From the NCBI RefSeq assembly GCF_963921235.1, contig NC_086108.1:64234001-64298000 (forward strand): a stretch of DNA of 64,000 nucleotides. The letters run 5' to 3'. Both the position numbers and the translations under genes were made by a program. Every line of letters starts with the position of its first letter. Position 1 is the stretch's first letter. The notes under the pieces were generated by a model. It worked only from the letters and a program-made list of their open reading frames with translations. It made no database searches and had not been told where the DNA came from. This document shows positions 24,714 to 37,290 of this stretch, piece after piece. Origin of the DNA: Mobula hypostoma. Lineage: Eukaryota.

Positions 24714-24880
24714 GAATCAGAATAGGAGTCAGAATCAGGTTTATTATCACCAGCATGTGATGTGAAATTTGTTAACTTAGCAGCAGCAGCATTTCAATGC
24801 AACACATAATCTAGCAGAGAGAAAAAAATAAATAAAACATAATAATAAATAAACAAGTAAATCAATCACGTATATTGATG
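24714..24880 (-). mobile_element. Rex1-like 3' tail fragment
   Basis: GAATCAGAAT...AGAATCAGGTTTATTATCACC is the reverse complement of the tail type at 14529-14544. Confidence 0.6.
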
Positions 24881-24909
24881 CATAAAAACAAGAGTGGTTA
24901 GGATAAGAA

Positions 24910-25575
24910 ACACAGACACGAGGAAATCTGCAGATGCTGGAAATTCAAGCAACACACACAAAAGTTGCTGGTGAACGCAGCAGGCCAGGCAGCATCTATA
25001 GGAAGAGGTACAGTCGACATTTCGGGCCGGGACCCTTCATCAGGACTAACCGAAAGAAGAGATAGTAAGAGATTTGAAAGTGGGAGGGGGAGGGGGAGAT
25101 CCGAAATGATAGGAGAAGACAGGACAGGAGGGATGGAGCCAAGAGCTGGAAAGTTGAATGGCAGAAGAGATACCAGGCTGGAGAAGGGAGAGGATCGTGG
25201 GATGGGAAGCCTGGGGAGAAAGAGAAGGGGGGGAGGGGAGCCCGGAGGGTGAAAAGCAGGCAAGGAGTTATAGTGAGAGGGACAGAGGGAGAAAAAAGAG
25301 AAAAAAGGGGGAAAAAATAAAAGATATATTTATAAAAAATTAAATAAACAAATAAGGGATGGGGTGTGAAGGGGAGGAGGGGCATTAACGGAAGTTAGAG
25401 AAGTCAATATTCATGCCAACAGGTTGGAGGCTGCCCAGACAGAATATAAGGTTTTGTTCCTCCAACCTGAGTGTGGCTTCATCTTGACAGTAGAGGAGGC
25501 CGTGGATAGGCATATCAACATGGGAATGGGACGTGGAATTAAAATATGTGGCCACTGGGAGATCTTGCTTTCTCT
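24910..25575 (-). mobile_element. Penelope-like element 3' part (endonuclease C-terminus, pyrimidine-rich UTR, hammerhead, terminus)
   Basis: Minus frame ...DMSIHGLLYCQDEATLRLEEQNLIFCLGSLQPVGMNIDFSNFR*; same terminus family as 17836-17990 and 62109-62265. Confidence 0.88.
25012..25047 (-). ncRNA. Minimal type I hammerhead ribozyme motif
   Basis: Reverse complement AGTC-CTGATGA-AGGGTCCCGGCCC-GAAAT-GTC-GACT with perfect AGTC/GACT stem I. Confidence 0.82.
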
Positions 25576-26511
25576 GGCGGACATTGCATCGCCTCTGATC
25601 TGGGCGGACATTGCATCACCTCTGATCTGGGCCGACAATTACGTGCTAGGCGGCACCTAATTAATTAGCATGTTTATTTCGGCTTTTTTCTTAAAGATAT
25701 GCTGTGTGCCTCCCGGCTACTGCTGCATTCTTTGTGAATCGGTACAGTATCTGTCCGGGGGCTGGGTGTTGGGGTGGTGGGACACGGGGGTGTCATCTCA
25801 TCATCGATCAGGGCAGGCAGCTCATCTTCTCCTATGACTGCCCACCTCGATGTCGAAGGTCGAGGTTCGTCGTCTGCTGTGGCTGATGTGGAAGGCTTGC
25901 TTGACTGCTGAACCTCGCACATTTTTCTATCATACAGTTGTTTGTAAGCACTCAAACCATCCTGCAAATATCCCCTAAACCTACGTACCCGTTCAAATTT
26001 AAAGTCGTACTTTATCATTGCAGCGAAAATCTCACACAGTTGCTTCACTTTCTGCATTCGGTTACAATCGGTTTCGATTGTTATCCCTTCCTCTTCCAAT
26101 TGCATCAACTCTTCATTTATCGGTTCTTGTTCATGGGATGCCAAAACCTCTTCAACATCATCTTCGTCAACTTCCACAAGCCAAACTCACTTTGTCCTTG
26201 CTTCGTTCACCAGGATCGAAACGCTTAATTATGTCCAGTTTTACGCTAAGTGTAACACTCTTACTCTTTCAGGCTTTTCCGACACCTTAGAACTCATCTT
26301 GCTAACAGCTGCTCAATGCAACGTGTTAAAGCAATGCCGTTCCGAATCCGGGGGAGAGCGGCTGCTCGGGGCGCGCGCTGATTTTTTATCGCACTCTGCC
26401 TTTCTTTGTAACAGTGAAAACAGCTTCTGAAAGCGAAAACAGGGTACTAATGTAGGTCTTTCGTAACAGTGAGGTTTCGTAAAGCGAATGTTTGAAAAGC
26501 AGGGGCACCTG
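25576..26511 (-). mobile_element. Tigger/pogo-type DNA transposon, internally deleted, one terminal inverted repeat
   Basis: Terminal repeat ...CGTAAAGCGAATGTTTGAAAAGCAGGGGCACCTG then TA at 26512; minus ORF EVDEDDVEEVLASHEQEPINEELMQLEEE resembles the Tigger transposase C-terminus; 27-bp tandem repeat at 25576-25629. Confidence 0.78.
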
Positions 26512-26794
26512 TATACATTATATACATGTATATAGTTAAATGACAATAAACTTGATGACATAGATGAAGGAAAAATGGAGGGCTATCTGGGAGGTAAGGG
26601 TTTGACTGATCTTAGGGGAAGGTTACAGCATTGGCACAACATTGCAGAGTGAAGGGAGTGCACTGTTCTATGTTCTGTGACACTGAACAATCCGATTTGT
26701 TACTCCATTTGATTTGTGGGATATTGGTAAAAAAAAAGAGATTCATCGCCAAAGATTTTTTTTTTGGCTGATCAAATTTGAAAGTAAATTTATT

Positions 26795-27392
26795 ATCAAA
26801 GTACATATTTATTACCACATACAACCCTAAGATTGACTTTCTTGTGAGCATACACAGCAAGTCGAAGAAACACAATAAAACAATGAATGACCACAACCAG
26901 ATGGACAAACAACCAACATGCAAAAGCAACAAATTCTGTAAATACAAAATGAGAGAAAAAGAAATAAACATCAAGAACATGAGATGAAGAGTGCTTGAAA
27001 GTGAGTTCATAAGTTATGGGAACAGATCAGTGATGGGGCGAGTGATGTTGGATGAAGTTACACTTCTAGTTCAGGAGCCTGATGGTTGAGTGGTAATAAC
27101 TGTTCCTGAAAATGGTGGTGTGGAGCCTGAGGCTCCAGTACTTTCTTCCTGATGGCAGCAACAAAAAGAGAACATGGCCTGGGTGGTCGGGGTCCTTGAA
27201 AATAGATGCTGTTTTCCTGCGACCATGTAGATGTGCTTAATGGTGGACAGAACTTTACCCATGATAGACTGGATCAGATCCATTACTTTTTGTAGTATTT
27301 TCTATTCAAAGTCATTGGTGTTTCCATACCAAGCCACGGTGCAACCAGCCAATATACTTTCTACCACACATCTATAGAAGTTTGTCAAAGTA
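26795..27392 (-). mobile_element. Rex1-like LINE 3' fragment
   Basis: Reverse complement resembles 14040-14350; tail TTTGAAAGTAAATTTATTATCAAAGTAC. Confidence 0.75.
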
Positions 27393-27759
27393 GACAAAAA
27401 AAGCTTTCAGAATAGCTGCACAGAATTTGAATGTAATCAATGATACAGATTTGACAGGCCTATGGAGTAGAGAGTCACCACCTTCCGAGTGAAGACATTT
27501 CTCCTCATCTCAGCACCAAATTGCACATCTCCTTTTTCCTTTTTCATAGGACCGCCTTTAGAATTGAGAATGACTGACTTCTTCTTTGGTTTATAGCAAC
27601 TGAGACCAGTATGGAACTTGTACTTTCTGCCTCAGGTGGGACAGAAGGAGCAGGTGAGCAGTTACTTTCTTGGGTGGTGCATTCCTTCCATAGAGCTCTG
27701 CTGTCAATACACAAACCCAAAGTTCTTCAAGAAAGTTTTGAATCCTTAAATCTTTGGGA

Positions 27760-27945
27760 GCAACACACAGAAAATGCTGAAGGGACTCAGCAGGTCAGGC
27801 AGCAACTATAGTGAGGAATAAATAATCGATGTATCGGGCTGAGACCCTTCATCAACATTAAAAAGGAAGGGAGAAGAAGCCAGAAACCAGACAGTAGGAG
27901 GAGGGGAAGGAGTATAAGCTAGCAGGTGACAGGTGCACAAACAGG
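27760..27945 (-). mobile_element. Degenerate Penelope-like terminus with a decayed hammerhead
   Basis: GCAACACACAGAAAATGCTG...CAGGTCAGGCAGCA...TCGATGTATCGGGCTGAGACCCTTCATCA. Confidence 0.65.
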
Positions 27946-28289
27946 AAGCCATGAGAAAGGTCGCATTCATTTCCCACTGAAGAGAAGGTTTGAACTTCTT
28001 CAGGATAGGAATACCTCAAAGACACCCATTTCCTCATTTGACCAAAAGTTGTGCTGGCACATTGAAGACAGTGCTGAATTTCATTATTGATATCTGTATC
28101 ACTGAACTGGGAAGTGGTCCACATCTTTACTGTCAGAGTGTGGTACATCCTCAGGAGGTTGCTGGATCTTTCCCTAAATGAAGTTGAGTGTACAGACCAA
28201 TCTATGACATAAGGTGGTTCAGGAAAATCTAAGTGATGGCTTTATTTTAGCAGCATGTATACAATCTATAGTGGGTTGTGAACATAAAA

Positions 28290-31200
28290 AGTGGACATCT
28301 GGATGACTTAGGTTATGCATCTTGATATGCCATTGAAGCAACGTATAAGGTACGTACCAATAACATGGGTAGGACGAGTGGTGAGACTGCATAGGGAGTT
28401 CAGGGAGTTAGGTGCTAAGTTAAAGGGCAGGATGACCAGGGTTGACATCTCAGGATTAATACCCGTGCCACATGCTAGTGAGGCCAGAACTACGAAGATT
28501 ATACAGTTTAACAGGTGGCTTAGGAATTGGTGTAGGAAGAAGGACATAAGATTTTTGGATCACTGGGCTCTCCTCTAGGGAAGGTGAGACTTGTACAGAA
28601 GGGATGGTTTGCACCTGAACAGAAGGGGAACTAATATCCTTGAGGGAAGGTTTGTTAATGCTGCACACTGGGGTTTAAAATGGAGTTGCAGGGGAATGGA
28701 GACCAGAGTACCAGAGCAGTTAGTGGAGAAGTTGCGGAGGCAGATGTTAGTAAGACCTCAGACAAAGTTAAGAATCAAAAGGCTGAGCAGGGTGCGACTA
28801 GTATCCTGAGCTGCATATATTTAAATGCAAGAAGTATCGTAGGTATCGTAGGAAAAGTGAATAATAGAGTTGAAGATGAGATAGCTGGTTTACAACCAGA
28901 GGCAATGTGTAGCGAGGAGAGGCGGTTGGTAGGGGAAAATTGCAGTCAAACAGGATGAGTTGCAATGTAAAAGGTGGACAAAATCTAAAAGGATAAATAC
29001 AGGACTGAAGGTGTATCTGAATACGCAGAGTATACAGAATAAGGTAGATGAGCTTGTAGCACAGTTACAGATTGGCAGGTATGATGTTGTAGGCATCCCT
29101 GAATCATGGCTGAAAGAAGATTATAGCTGGGAGCTTAATGTCCAAGGATAAACATTGTATCGGAAGGACAGGCAGGAAGGCAGAGGGGGCAGCGCTGCTC
29201 TGTTGGTAAAAAATCAGATCAAATCATTAGAAAGAGGTGACAGAGGGTCAGAAGGTACTGAATCATTGAGGGCAGAACTCAGGAATTTTAGGAGTAAAAA
29301 AACCCTGATGGTAGTTGTACACAGACCCACAAACAGTAGTAAGGATATGGTCTACAAATTACAATAGGAGATAGAAAATGCATGCCAAAAGGGCAATGTT
29401 ACAATAGTCATGGGGGACTTCAATATGAAGATTGTGAAAATCAGATTGGTGCTGGATTCCAAGGAGGGAAATATCTAGAATGCCGACAAGATGGCTTTTT
29501 AGAGCAACTCATTGTGGAGCCCACTAGGGAATCAATTATTCTGGTTTGGGTGTTGTGCAAAGAACTAGAATTGATTAGAAAGCTAAGGTAAAAGAACCCT
29601 TAGGAACAGTGATCATAATATGATGGCATTCACCCTGAAATTTGAGGAGAATGTAAAGTTAGATGTATCATTATTACAGTAGAGTAAAGGGAATTACAGA
29701 GGCATGAGAGAGGAGTTGGCCAAAATTATTTGGAAGGGAACACTGGCAGGGATGATGGCAAAGTAGCAGTTGCTGGAATTTCTGGAAGCAACTCAGAAGG
29801 CAAAGGACATATACAGAACATCCCAAAGAGGAGGTATTTTAAGGCAAGATGACACAACCATGGCTAACAAGAGAAGTCAAAGCCAACATAAAAGCCAAAG
29901 AGAGGGTATATAATAGAGCAGAAATTACTGGAAAGCTAAAGGATTGAAAAGCTTTTAAAGACCAACAGAAGCCAACAGAAAAAGTCATTAAGAAGCTAAA
30001 GATGTAATACAGAAGTAAAAGAGAAGTGAGAGTGGATTTCAGACCACTGGAAAATGATGCTGGAGAGGGAGTAATGGGGGACAAGGAAACGGCGGACAAA
30101 CTGAATAAGATTCAATCTTCACTGTGGAAGACACTAGTGGTATGGTAGAAGATCCAGTTGTCAGGAGTCATACTGTATGTGGTTACCATTACTAGGGAGA
30201 GCATTCTTTGGAAACTGAAAGTTCTGAAGGTAGATAAATCACCTGGATCAGATGGTGTACACCCCAGGGTTCTGAATGAGGTGGCTGAAGAGATTGTGAA
30301 GACATTAGTACTGATATTTCAAGAATTACTAGATTCTGGAATGGTTCCAGAATACTGGAAAATTGGAAATGTCAATCCAAGAAGGGAGAAAAACAGAAGA
30401 AAGGAGACTATAGGCCAGTTAGTCTGACCTTAGTGGTTTGGAAGGTGTTGGAGTTCATTATTAAAGGATTAGGTCTCAGGAGGCACATAATAAAATAGAC
30501 CATAGTCAGCATAGTTTCCTCAAAGGAAAATATTCCCTGATAAATCTGTTGGAATTCTTTGAAGAAATTATAAGCAGGACAGACAAAGGAGATCTAGTCA
30601 ATGCTATGTAGTTGGATTTTCAGAAGGCCTTTGGCAAGGTGCCACACCATGAGGCTGCTTAACAAGCTACGGGCCCACGGTATTACAAGGAAGATTCTAG
30701 TGTAGATAAAGCTGTGGCTGATTGGCAGGCAGCAAAGTGTGGAAACAAAGGGAACCTTTTCTGGTTGGCTGCCAGTGACTAGCAGGGTTCCTCAGGTGTC
30801 TATGTTGGGACTGATTGTTTTTACATCGTATGTCAATGATTTGGATCATGGATTTGATAGCTTTGTTCCAAAGTGTGTAGACAATATGAAGATAGGTGGA
30901 GGAGCAAGTAGTTTTGAGGAAGTAGAGAGACTACAGAAGGACTTAGACAGATTAGGAGAATGGACAAAGAAGTGACCGATGGTATGCAGTCATGGGAAGT
31001 GTATGTTCATGCTCTTTGATGGGAGAAATGAAAGGGTAGACTATTTTCTGAATGAAGAGAAAATACAAAAAAAACTGAGGTGCAAAGGGTCTTGGGAGTC
31101 TTTGTACAAGATTTGATTTAATAGAGGTTAATTTGCAGCTTGAGACAGTGATGAGGAAGGTAAATGCAATGTTAGGATTCATTTCAAGAGGACTGGAATA

Positions 31201-31670
31201 TAAAAGCAAGGTTGTAATGTTGAGGCTTGATTAAGCACTGGTGAGGCCTCACTTGGAGTATTGTGAGCAGTTTTGGGCCTCTTATCTTAGAAAGGACATG
31301 CTGAAACTGGACAGGGTTCAAAAGAGGTTCATGAGAATGATTCCAGAATTGAATGGCTAGTCATATGAAGAGTATTTAATGGCTCTGGTCCTGTATTCAC
31401 TAGAATTCAGAAGAATGAGGGGTGATCTAATTGAAACCTATCTAATGGTAAAAAGCCTTGATAGTGTGGATGTGGAGAGGATGTTTCCTATGGTAGGAGT
31501 GTCTGACCAGAGGACACACTCTCAGAATAGAAAGCCATCCTTTTAGAACTGAGATGCGGAGGAATTTCTTTAGCCAGAGAGTGATGAATCTGTGAAATTC
31601 TTTGCCACAGGCAGCTTTATGTATATTTAAGACCTAATTCTGCTCCTATATCTTACAGTCTTATAGTCCA
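28290..31670 (+). mobile_element. Near full-length decayed CR1 (ORF1 esterase-like remnant plus ORF2)
   Basis: ORF1-like REFRELGAKLKGR...ISGLIPVP...QFNRWLRNWC...YRRDGLHLN; ORF2 YLNTQSIQNKVDEL, VDKSPGSDGVHPRVL, VTSRVPQVS. Confidence 0.9.
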
Positions 31671-31829
31671 AGAAGAATGTGAATACTAAAAGCAGGAAAA
31701 GGTCATTCAACCCCCTTTGTGTCTGTTCCTCCATTCAAAAATATCAGTGCTGTTCCACCTTGAATCCTTTTCTCCGCACTAACCCACTATCTTTTGATTG
31801 CTCTAATGTGCAGAAAGTTAAGTCATGAA

Positions 31830-32210
31830 TGCAGGTCTCTGTGGAACACCACTAGTTACAGATCTCCAGCCAGAATAAGTCCCAGCAGCCGCCACCCTCT
31901 GCCATCTCTGGGCAAGCCCATTCTGAATCCAAACAGCCAATTCACTGTGAATCCCATGTATCATAATCTCTGCTTGAACATCCCATAAGGAGCCTTGCCT
32001 TACTAAAATTCATGTAGGCAACAATCACAGCTGTATTTTCATTAATTACATTTACCACCTCCTTGAAAAACATATTCAAATTAGTAAGACATTGCTTGCC
32101 CACAGAAAGCAAAGCTGTCTGTCTCTAATCAAGCTGTGGTTTTTAAAATGGCCATAAAATCTCCTCTCCAGCAACAACCCTACCACTATAGTTTCCAGGA
32201 TTATCCCTAC
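31830..32210 (-). mobile_element. Old CR1 RT fragment
   Basis: CTGTGGAACACCACTAGT, CCATTCTGAATCCA, GCCTTACTAAAATTCATGTAG (reverse complements of TSGVPQ, WIQNG, YMNFSKA). Confidence 0.65.
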
Positions 32211-32799
32211 TCAAGTTGCAGGTGCAGCATGCATGCAAAGTTAGGAGCTTTGCCAGTGACCGATGAATTTCAATACTCAAACTTTGTGGAATGAGTAGCT
32301 GATGATAGTCATGTGACTACTGGCATTTTCTCCATAAAAATGACTAATGTCTTGCTGTCTTCCTTCCTAATAGTAGGAAGAGGGGAAGATGTTGCTGTTT
32401 CTTTGAGAGTTAGACACACCATTGATACCTTCTGGCTCTGTAGGTAGGTAACCTTGAGGGAAAAAGATATCTTCAGTTGACAACATATTTGTCAAAGGGA
32501 TATTTTAGCCCTTTAGTTTCTACAGTACATTGAAAGGGCTTCATGCCAAAACAAACATTCAATAAATTTGGTAACAAGATCAACAGCCACAGAAATTGCC
32601 CATCCCACCACTAATGTAGCCTGTGTGAAAAATAAAACACATGTCACATTTGTCTACAAGTACAACAGCTATTCTGAAGTAGTTTGATTGCTATTACCTT
32701 AAGAAAACTTCCAGCTATGGTTAAAGCTACTGTATATGTGTTTTACTTGATACACATCATCTAAGTGTGTTAAAGTAATACTCACTTTTGATTCCACTT

Positions 32800-33425
32800 A
32801 GAAAATAGAACATAAAACATAAAACATTATAGCACAGTACAGGCTCATATTGTTGTGCCAACCTTTTAACCTACCCTAAGATCAATCTAACCATTCCCTC
32901 CAACATAGCCCTCCATTTTCCTATCATCTGTGTGCATACCTATGAGTTTCTTAAAATTATGTCCCTTTGTTTTAGTCATTTCCACCCTGGGAAAAAGTCT
33001 CTGGCCACTCACTCTATTATGCTTCTTATCATCTTGTGTTCCTCTATCATGTCACCTCTTATCCTCCTTCACTCCAAAGAGAAAAGTCCTAGCTTACTCA
33101 GCAATTTTCATAAGACATGTCCTCTAGTCCAGCCAGCATCCTGGTTGGTAAATCTCCTTTTCATCCTCTCAAAATCTTAGGGTCATAGAGAAGTATGAAC
33201 TAGAAACATGCCCTTCAGCCCATCTAGTGCATGCCAAAACCATTTAAACTGCATACTCCCATCGACCTGCTCTGAGACCATAGCCCTCGGTTCCCCTACC
33301 ATACATGTACCTACCCAAAGTTCTCTTAAAAGTTGGAATGAAGCTCACATGCCCCACTTGTGCTGGCAGCATACTCCACACTCTCACAACCCTCTGAGTG
33401 AAGAAGTTTCCCCTCATCTTCCACA
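32800..33425 (-). mobile_element. Two adjacent CR1 3' fragments
   Basis: TAGAACATAAAACAT tail near 32805; second tail near 33180 with MRGNFFTQRVVRVWSMLP. Confidence 0.75.
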
Positions 33426-34299
33426 AAGGTGCCCAGATCTAAACACCATATTCCAATTGTTGTCTCACTGGGGATTTATAGAGCTGCAACACTACCTTGT
33501 GTCTTTTGAAGAATCAACAATATATGACACTGTTAATGAAGCAGGTGATTATGGAGTCCAAGGCTACAAAAAGTAAGACTCTGTGAGTATGTACATTTAC
33601 AATGGGGTGCATTCCTCAAAATCGAAATAAAAATCAGCACATGGAAAAAATGTTCAGAAGACATATGGGCAAATGTGAGGTTTGTAGTAGACCCTACCTA
33701 GACAAGATGTTCTTCTTCAGTAATAACGTGACAGAGGTAACAGGGGAAAATATTGGAGAACACAAGTAATATGTGGCAATATAGTGCAGAAACGTGAGAC
33801 CATAAGAGAGTTTATTTTGGAAGCATTCAGGTTGAATACTTATTTTTGCACAGGTTAATTTTATAGCACCACACTGAGCAACAACTGTCCCCTTCAATGG
33901 AATTATTAAAAAACTGGAATTAGTTTCACCCAACACTGGGAGTGTGCAAACCTGTGAATTTTCAATGTTGTTTCTTTCATTGGGATCTAGTTCTGATTGA
34001 ATTGGGAAATCAGCATGACATATGAATTCCAAAGGTGAAACAACCTGCCATCACAGTAAGGCCCGGCAGAATCATGCAAGGAGAGAAGATTACAGTTCGA
34101 GGAGATGGCAAAAACAAGAAAGGGCAAGTTTGTGAAGTGGTCACAGGAAGCTACCCTGAATTTACTGAAGTGAAGGAAAACCCAGAATACTACATACTGA
34201 ATAATATTTGTACCATAGCAACACAAGAAAGATGGCCACAAGCTTCCAATCCTGACTCTGACAAAACACAATGAGGTGAGAAAGCTGGGATTTACTTCA

Positions 34300-34955
34300 G
34301 GTGTGTGTAAGTCTCAGGTAAGTAGTGCAAAAAATTAATAAGCTAGTGTACATGGGTTCAATGTCCATTAGAAATCTGATGGCAGAGGGGAAGAAGCTGC
34401 TCCTGAATTGTTGAGATTGTACCTCAGGCCTCCTGTAGCTGCTCCCTGATGGCTGTAATAAGAAGAGGGCATGACCTGGGTGATGGGAGACCTTAATGTT
34501 GGATGCCGCCCTTTTCAAACATTGTTCCTTAAGGATGTCCTGGCTATTTAGGAGGTTAGTGCCCATGATGGAACTGACTGAGTTTAGAACTTCCTGCAGC
34601 TTATTTTGATCCTGTGCAGTGCCCCCTTCCCATACCAGACAGTGATGCAGACAGTTAGAATGCTCTCCATGGTACATCTGTAGAAATTTATGAGCGTTTT
34701 TGGTGACTTACCAAATTTCCTTGAACTCCGAATAAAATATAGCTACTGTCATGCTTTCTTTGGAACTATATCCAATATGTTGAGCTCAGGATAGATTCTC
34801 AGAGATGTTGACACCCAGGAATTTGTAATTCCTCACTCTCCCCACTTCTGATCCCTCTATGAAGATTGGTGTATGTTCCCTCGTCTTACCCTTTCTGAAG
34901 TCTACAATCAATTCTTTAGTCTTATTGAGACTGCATGCAGGTTGTTGTTGCATAA
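34300..34955 (-). mobile_element. Rex1-like LINE fragment
   Basis: LNKTKELIVDFRKGK...YKFLGVNISENLS; FRSSFFPSAIRFL. Confidence 0.85.
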
Positions 34956-34959
34956 ATTG

Positions 34960-36495
34960 ACGTTGGCTGGCTGAATAGTGTAACAGCAAACTCGCGCTCA
35001 TCATCAGCAAAAGCTAGGAACTGATTGGTGGACTTCAGGAAAGGAAAGCTACGTGAACACTGACCAGTACTCACTGAAGGGTCTACAGTGGAAAGGGAGA
35101 GTAGCTTCAGGTTCCTGAGTGTCAAAATCTTGGAGGATTAATTATGGGCCCAGCACGTATGTGCAACTGCAAAGAAGACACACTGCCATTGTTACTACCT
35201 TCGAAGTTTAAGGAGGTTTGGTATGTCATGTTCTCTTGAAGATCCTGATCTGGAGTTACACGCTGACTTCAGTTCTTTGTTGAAATGGGACCTGCTCTCA
35301 GGGCCTCACAACTGGCCCTTTTTCGATATCCCAAAGACACAGCCTGGGAGACTAGCGCAACTTCAGGGTGCCGGATTTACATTGCTCTGAAGACGGCCGA
35401 GCCAAGGCTGGTGCCATGGCCTGATGCGTCATGGGAGACAGAAGATCAGAAGCAGTGAGATTGCTGCTCGCTATGTGCCCAGAGACCTGAGTTCTTTGGG
35501 CACAGGGCTCAGAAAAAGCAGCACAACAGACATTTAACACCATAAATTAGCAAGTTGTAATGTTATATCTCCCCTCTCACTGTGAAACGGGGACACCCCT
35601 TTTTCCCTTTTTACAGAGACAGAGAGCCTGTGGTGTCGAATTACTGGGTGAATGAGTAGTCTTTGCGATACTGCAAGTTTGTGTCTTTATTGATGCTTTG
35701 CTGCACGCTTAAGTGCTTGCTGGGAGGCACCAATGCTTTTTTGCTGTTGGGGAAGTGGGGGTCATTGCCTTGCTGCTGCTTGTTCATGGGAGGGGGTAGT
35801 TGGGAGGGGCTTTAGGGGTTCCCATGTTTAACTGTCATTCATTCTTTGGGGCACTCCTCTGTTTTCCTGGATGCTTGCAAAGAAAAAGAATCTCAGGATG
35901 TATGTTATGTACATTTCTCTGACATTAAATGTACCTGTTGAACCTATTCATTGAAGATGATGACAATCCTCTACAGATGTCCAGTGGAAAGTATTATGTC
36001 TGGATGTGTCACAGCTTGGAATGGAATCTCCAATGCAAAGGAATGCAAGAGGCTAAAGAGCGTGATAGACTCAGCCAGTTCCATCATGGGTACCGATCTC
36101 CTCACCATTAAGGACATCTACAAAATGTGATGTCTCAGGAAAGGGTCGTATGCCATGAAGGCCCCACACCATCCAGGATGTGCTCTCTTGTCAATGCTGC
36201 CATCAGGCAAGAGGTATGCGAGCCTGAAAATATACACTTCAAGATTAAGCAACAGCTCTTCCCTACTGCCATCAGATTCTTGAGGAGGCTTGCAAACCCC
36301 TTACACTACCTCTCAACTTGTATTAAAGTCATTATGTTTATTGATTTTATTTTGTCAGTTATGTATAATTTTAGTTTATATTAGTTCATGTTTGTCAAGT
36401 TTATACAGTACTATGTTGGTGCTGTATAAAAGCTAATTTTATAGCTTTTTTTTACGCTGGGTGTGTATGTGCATGAGAGCAAACTTGAATTTGAC
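34960..36495 (+). mobile_element. Rex1-like LINE fragment interrupted by a non-coding repeat (~35230-35950)
   Basis: VDFRKG, FRFLSVKI, YYLRSLRRFGMS, then LFPTAIRFL after the insert; tail ...AAACTTGAATTTGA. Confidence 0.7.
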
Positions 36496-37290
36496 ATCAA
36501 TAAAATGCTTGTGGACAGTATTGGCTTTAGAATTCCCATCTCTCAAGTTAACATAGAATCTTAATGTTTTGCGTTGCTTTAATTCAACAATGAACTGCTT
36601 ACAACATTAGTCTTCCAATGGACCCTGTACACAGTGTTTTTGGGGTAGTCTATGGGTATACACTTTGTAGACAGTTTAGGAATATTCAAAACACATAGCT
36701 TGGCAATTCTAAAACTGATTCAACTGTAAGTGTAGCTACGATGGCTCAACATTGAGAGAAGAACCGATGAAAGTGACGCAGGATTGCAAACAGGAAGACA
36801 CAGAAACACTCAGACAGAAAGTAAGCCAGTACAGGCTGAAGGCACAACAAAGAAACCAAGGTACACCGTATCATGTGGATGATAGACAAAAGAGTAACAA
36901 AGTAAAAGGAAGGCTTAGAAAAGAGCTCAAACTGCAGCAGTCAAAAAGAAAAGGAAAGCTTACAGAAATCATAGGCCATGGGTAAGTTGAGTATAAAACT
37001 TACCCAGACGTGGGCATGGAGGTTGTACTAGAAACAGTACTGTGGATTCTGGGCTGGAAAGATATTTTCATTCCACAGCTAGCACAAAGAGGACATTGGT
37101 GATAACTGGTGGAATAGAATGAAGAACAATAAGGAGTCAAGGGAATTCAAAAGAAAACATCGCCTGTGGCTGCTGTCATTCAGATTGTATGCCATGAATG
37201 TCATATCAGTATTTCTCAGAGAAATCCAGACCAAGAACATGGAAGAGTGATGAGCAAAACCAAGTCTAGCCACGTCTTTCATACTTGGGT

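Noticed and set aside
25674..26177. 167-aa acidic ORF as a domesticated TIGD gene
   Set aside because: Only a C-terminal fragment without DDE or HTH domains, inside a deleted transposon
34035..34281. 79-codon ORF (KQPAITVRPGRIMQGEKITVRG...) followed by a donor-like AG-GTGAGA, faintly Ig-like
   Set aside because: No Ig Cys/Trp pattern, no convincing acceptor, and a stop just before the donor; cannot be assigned without a search
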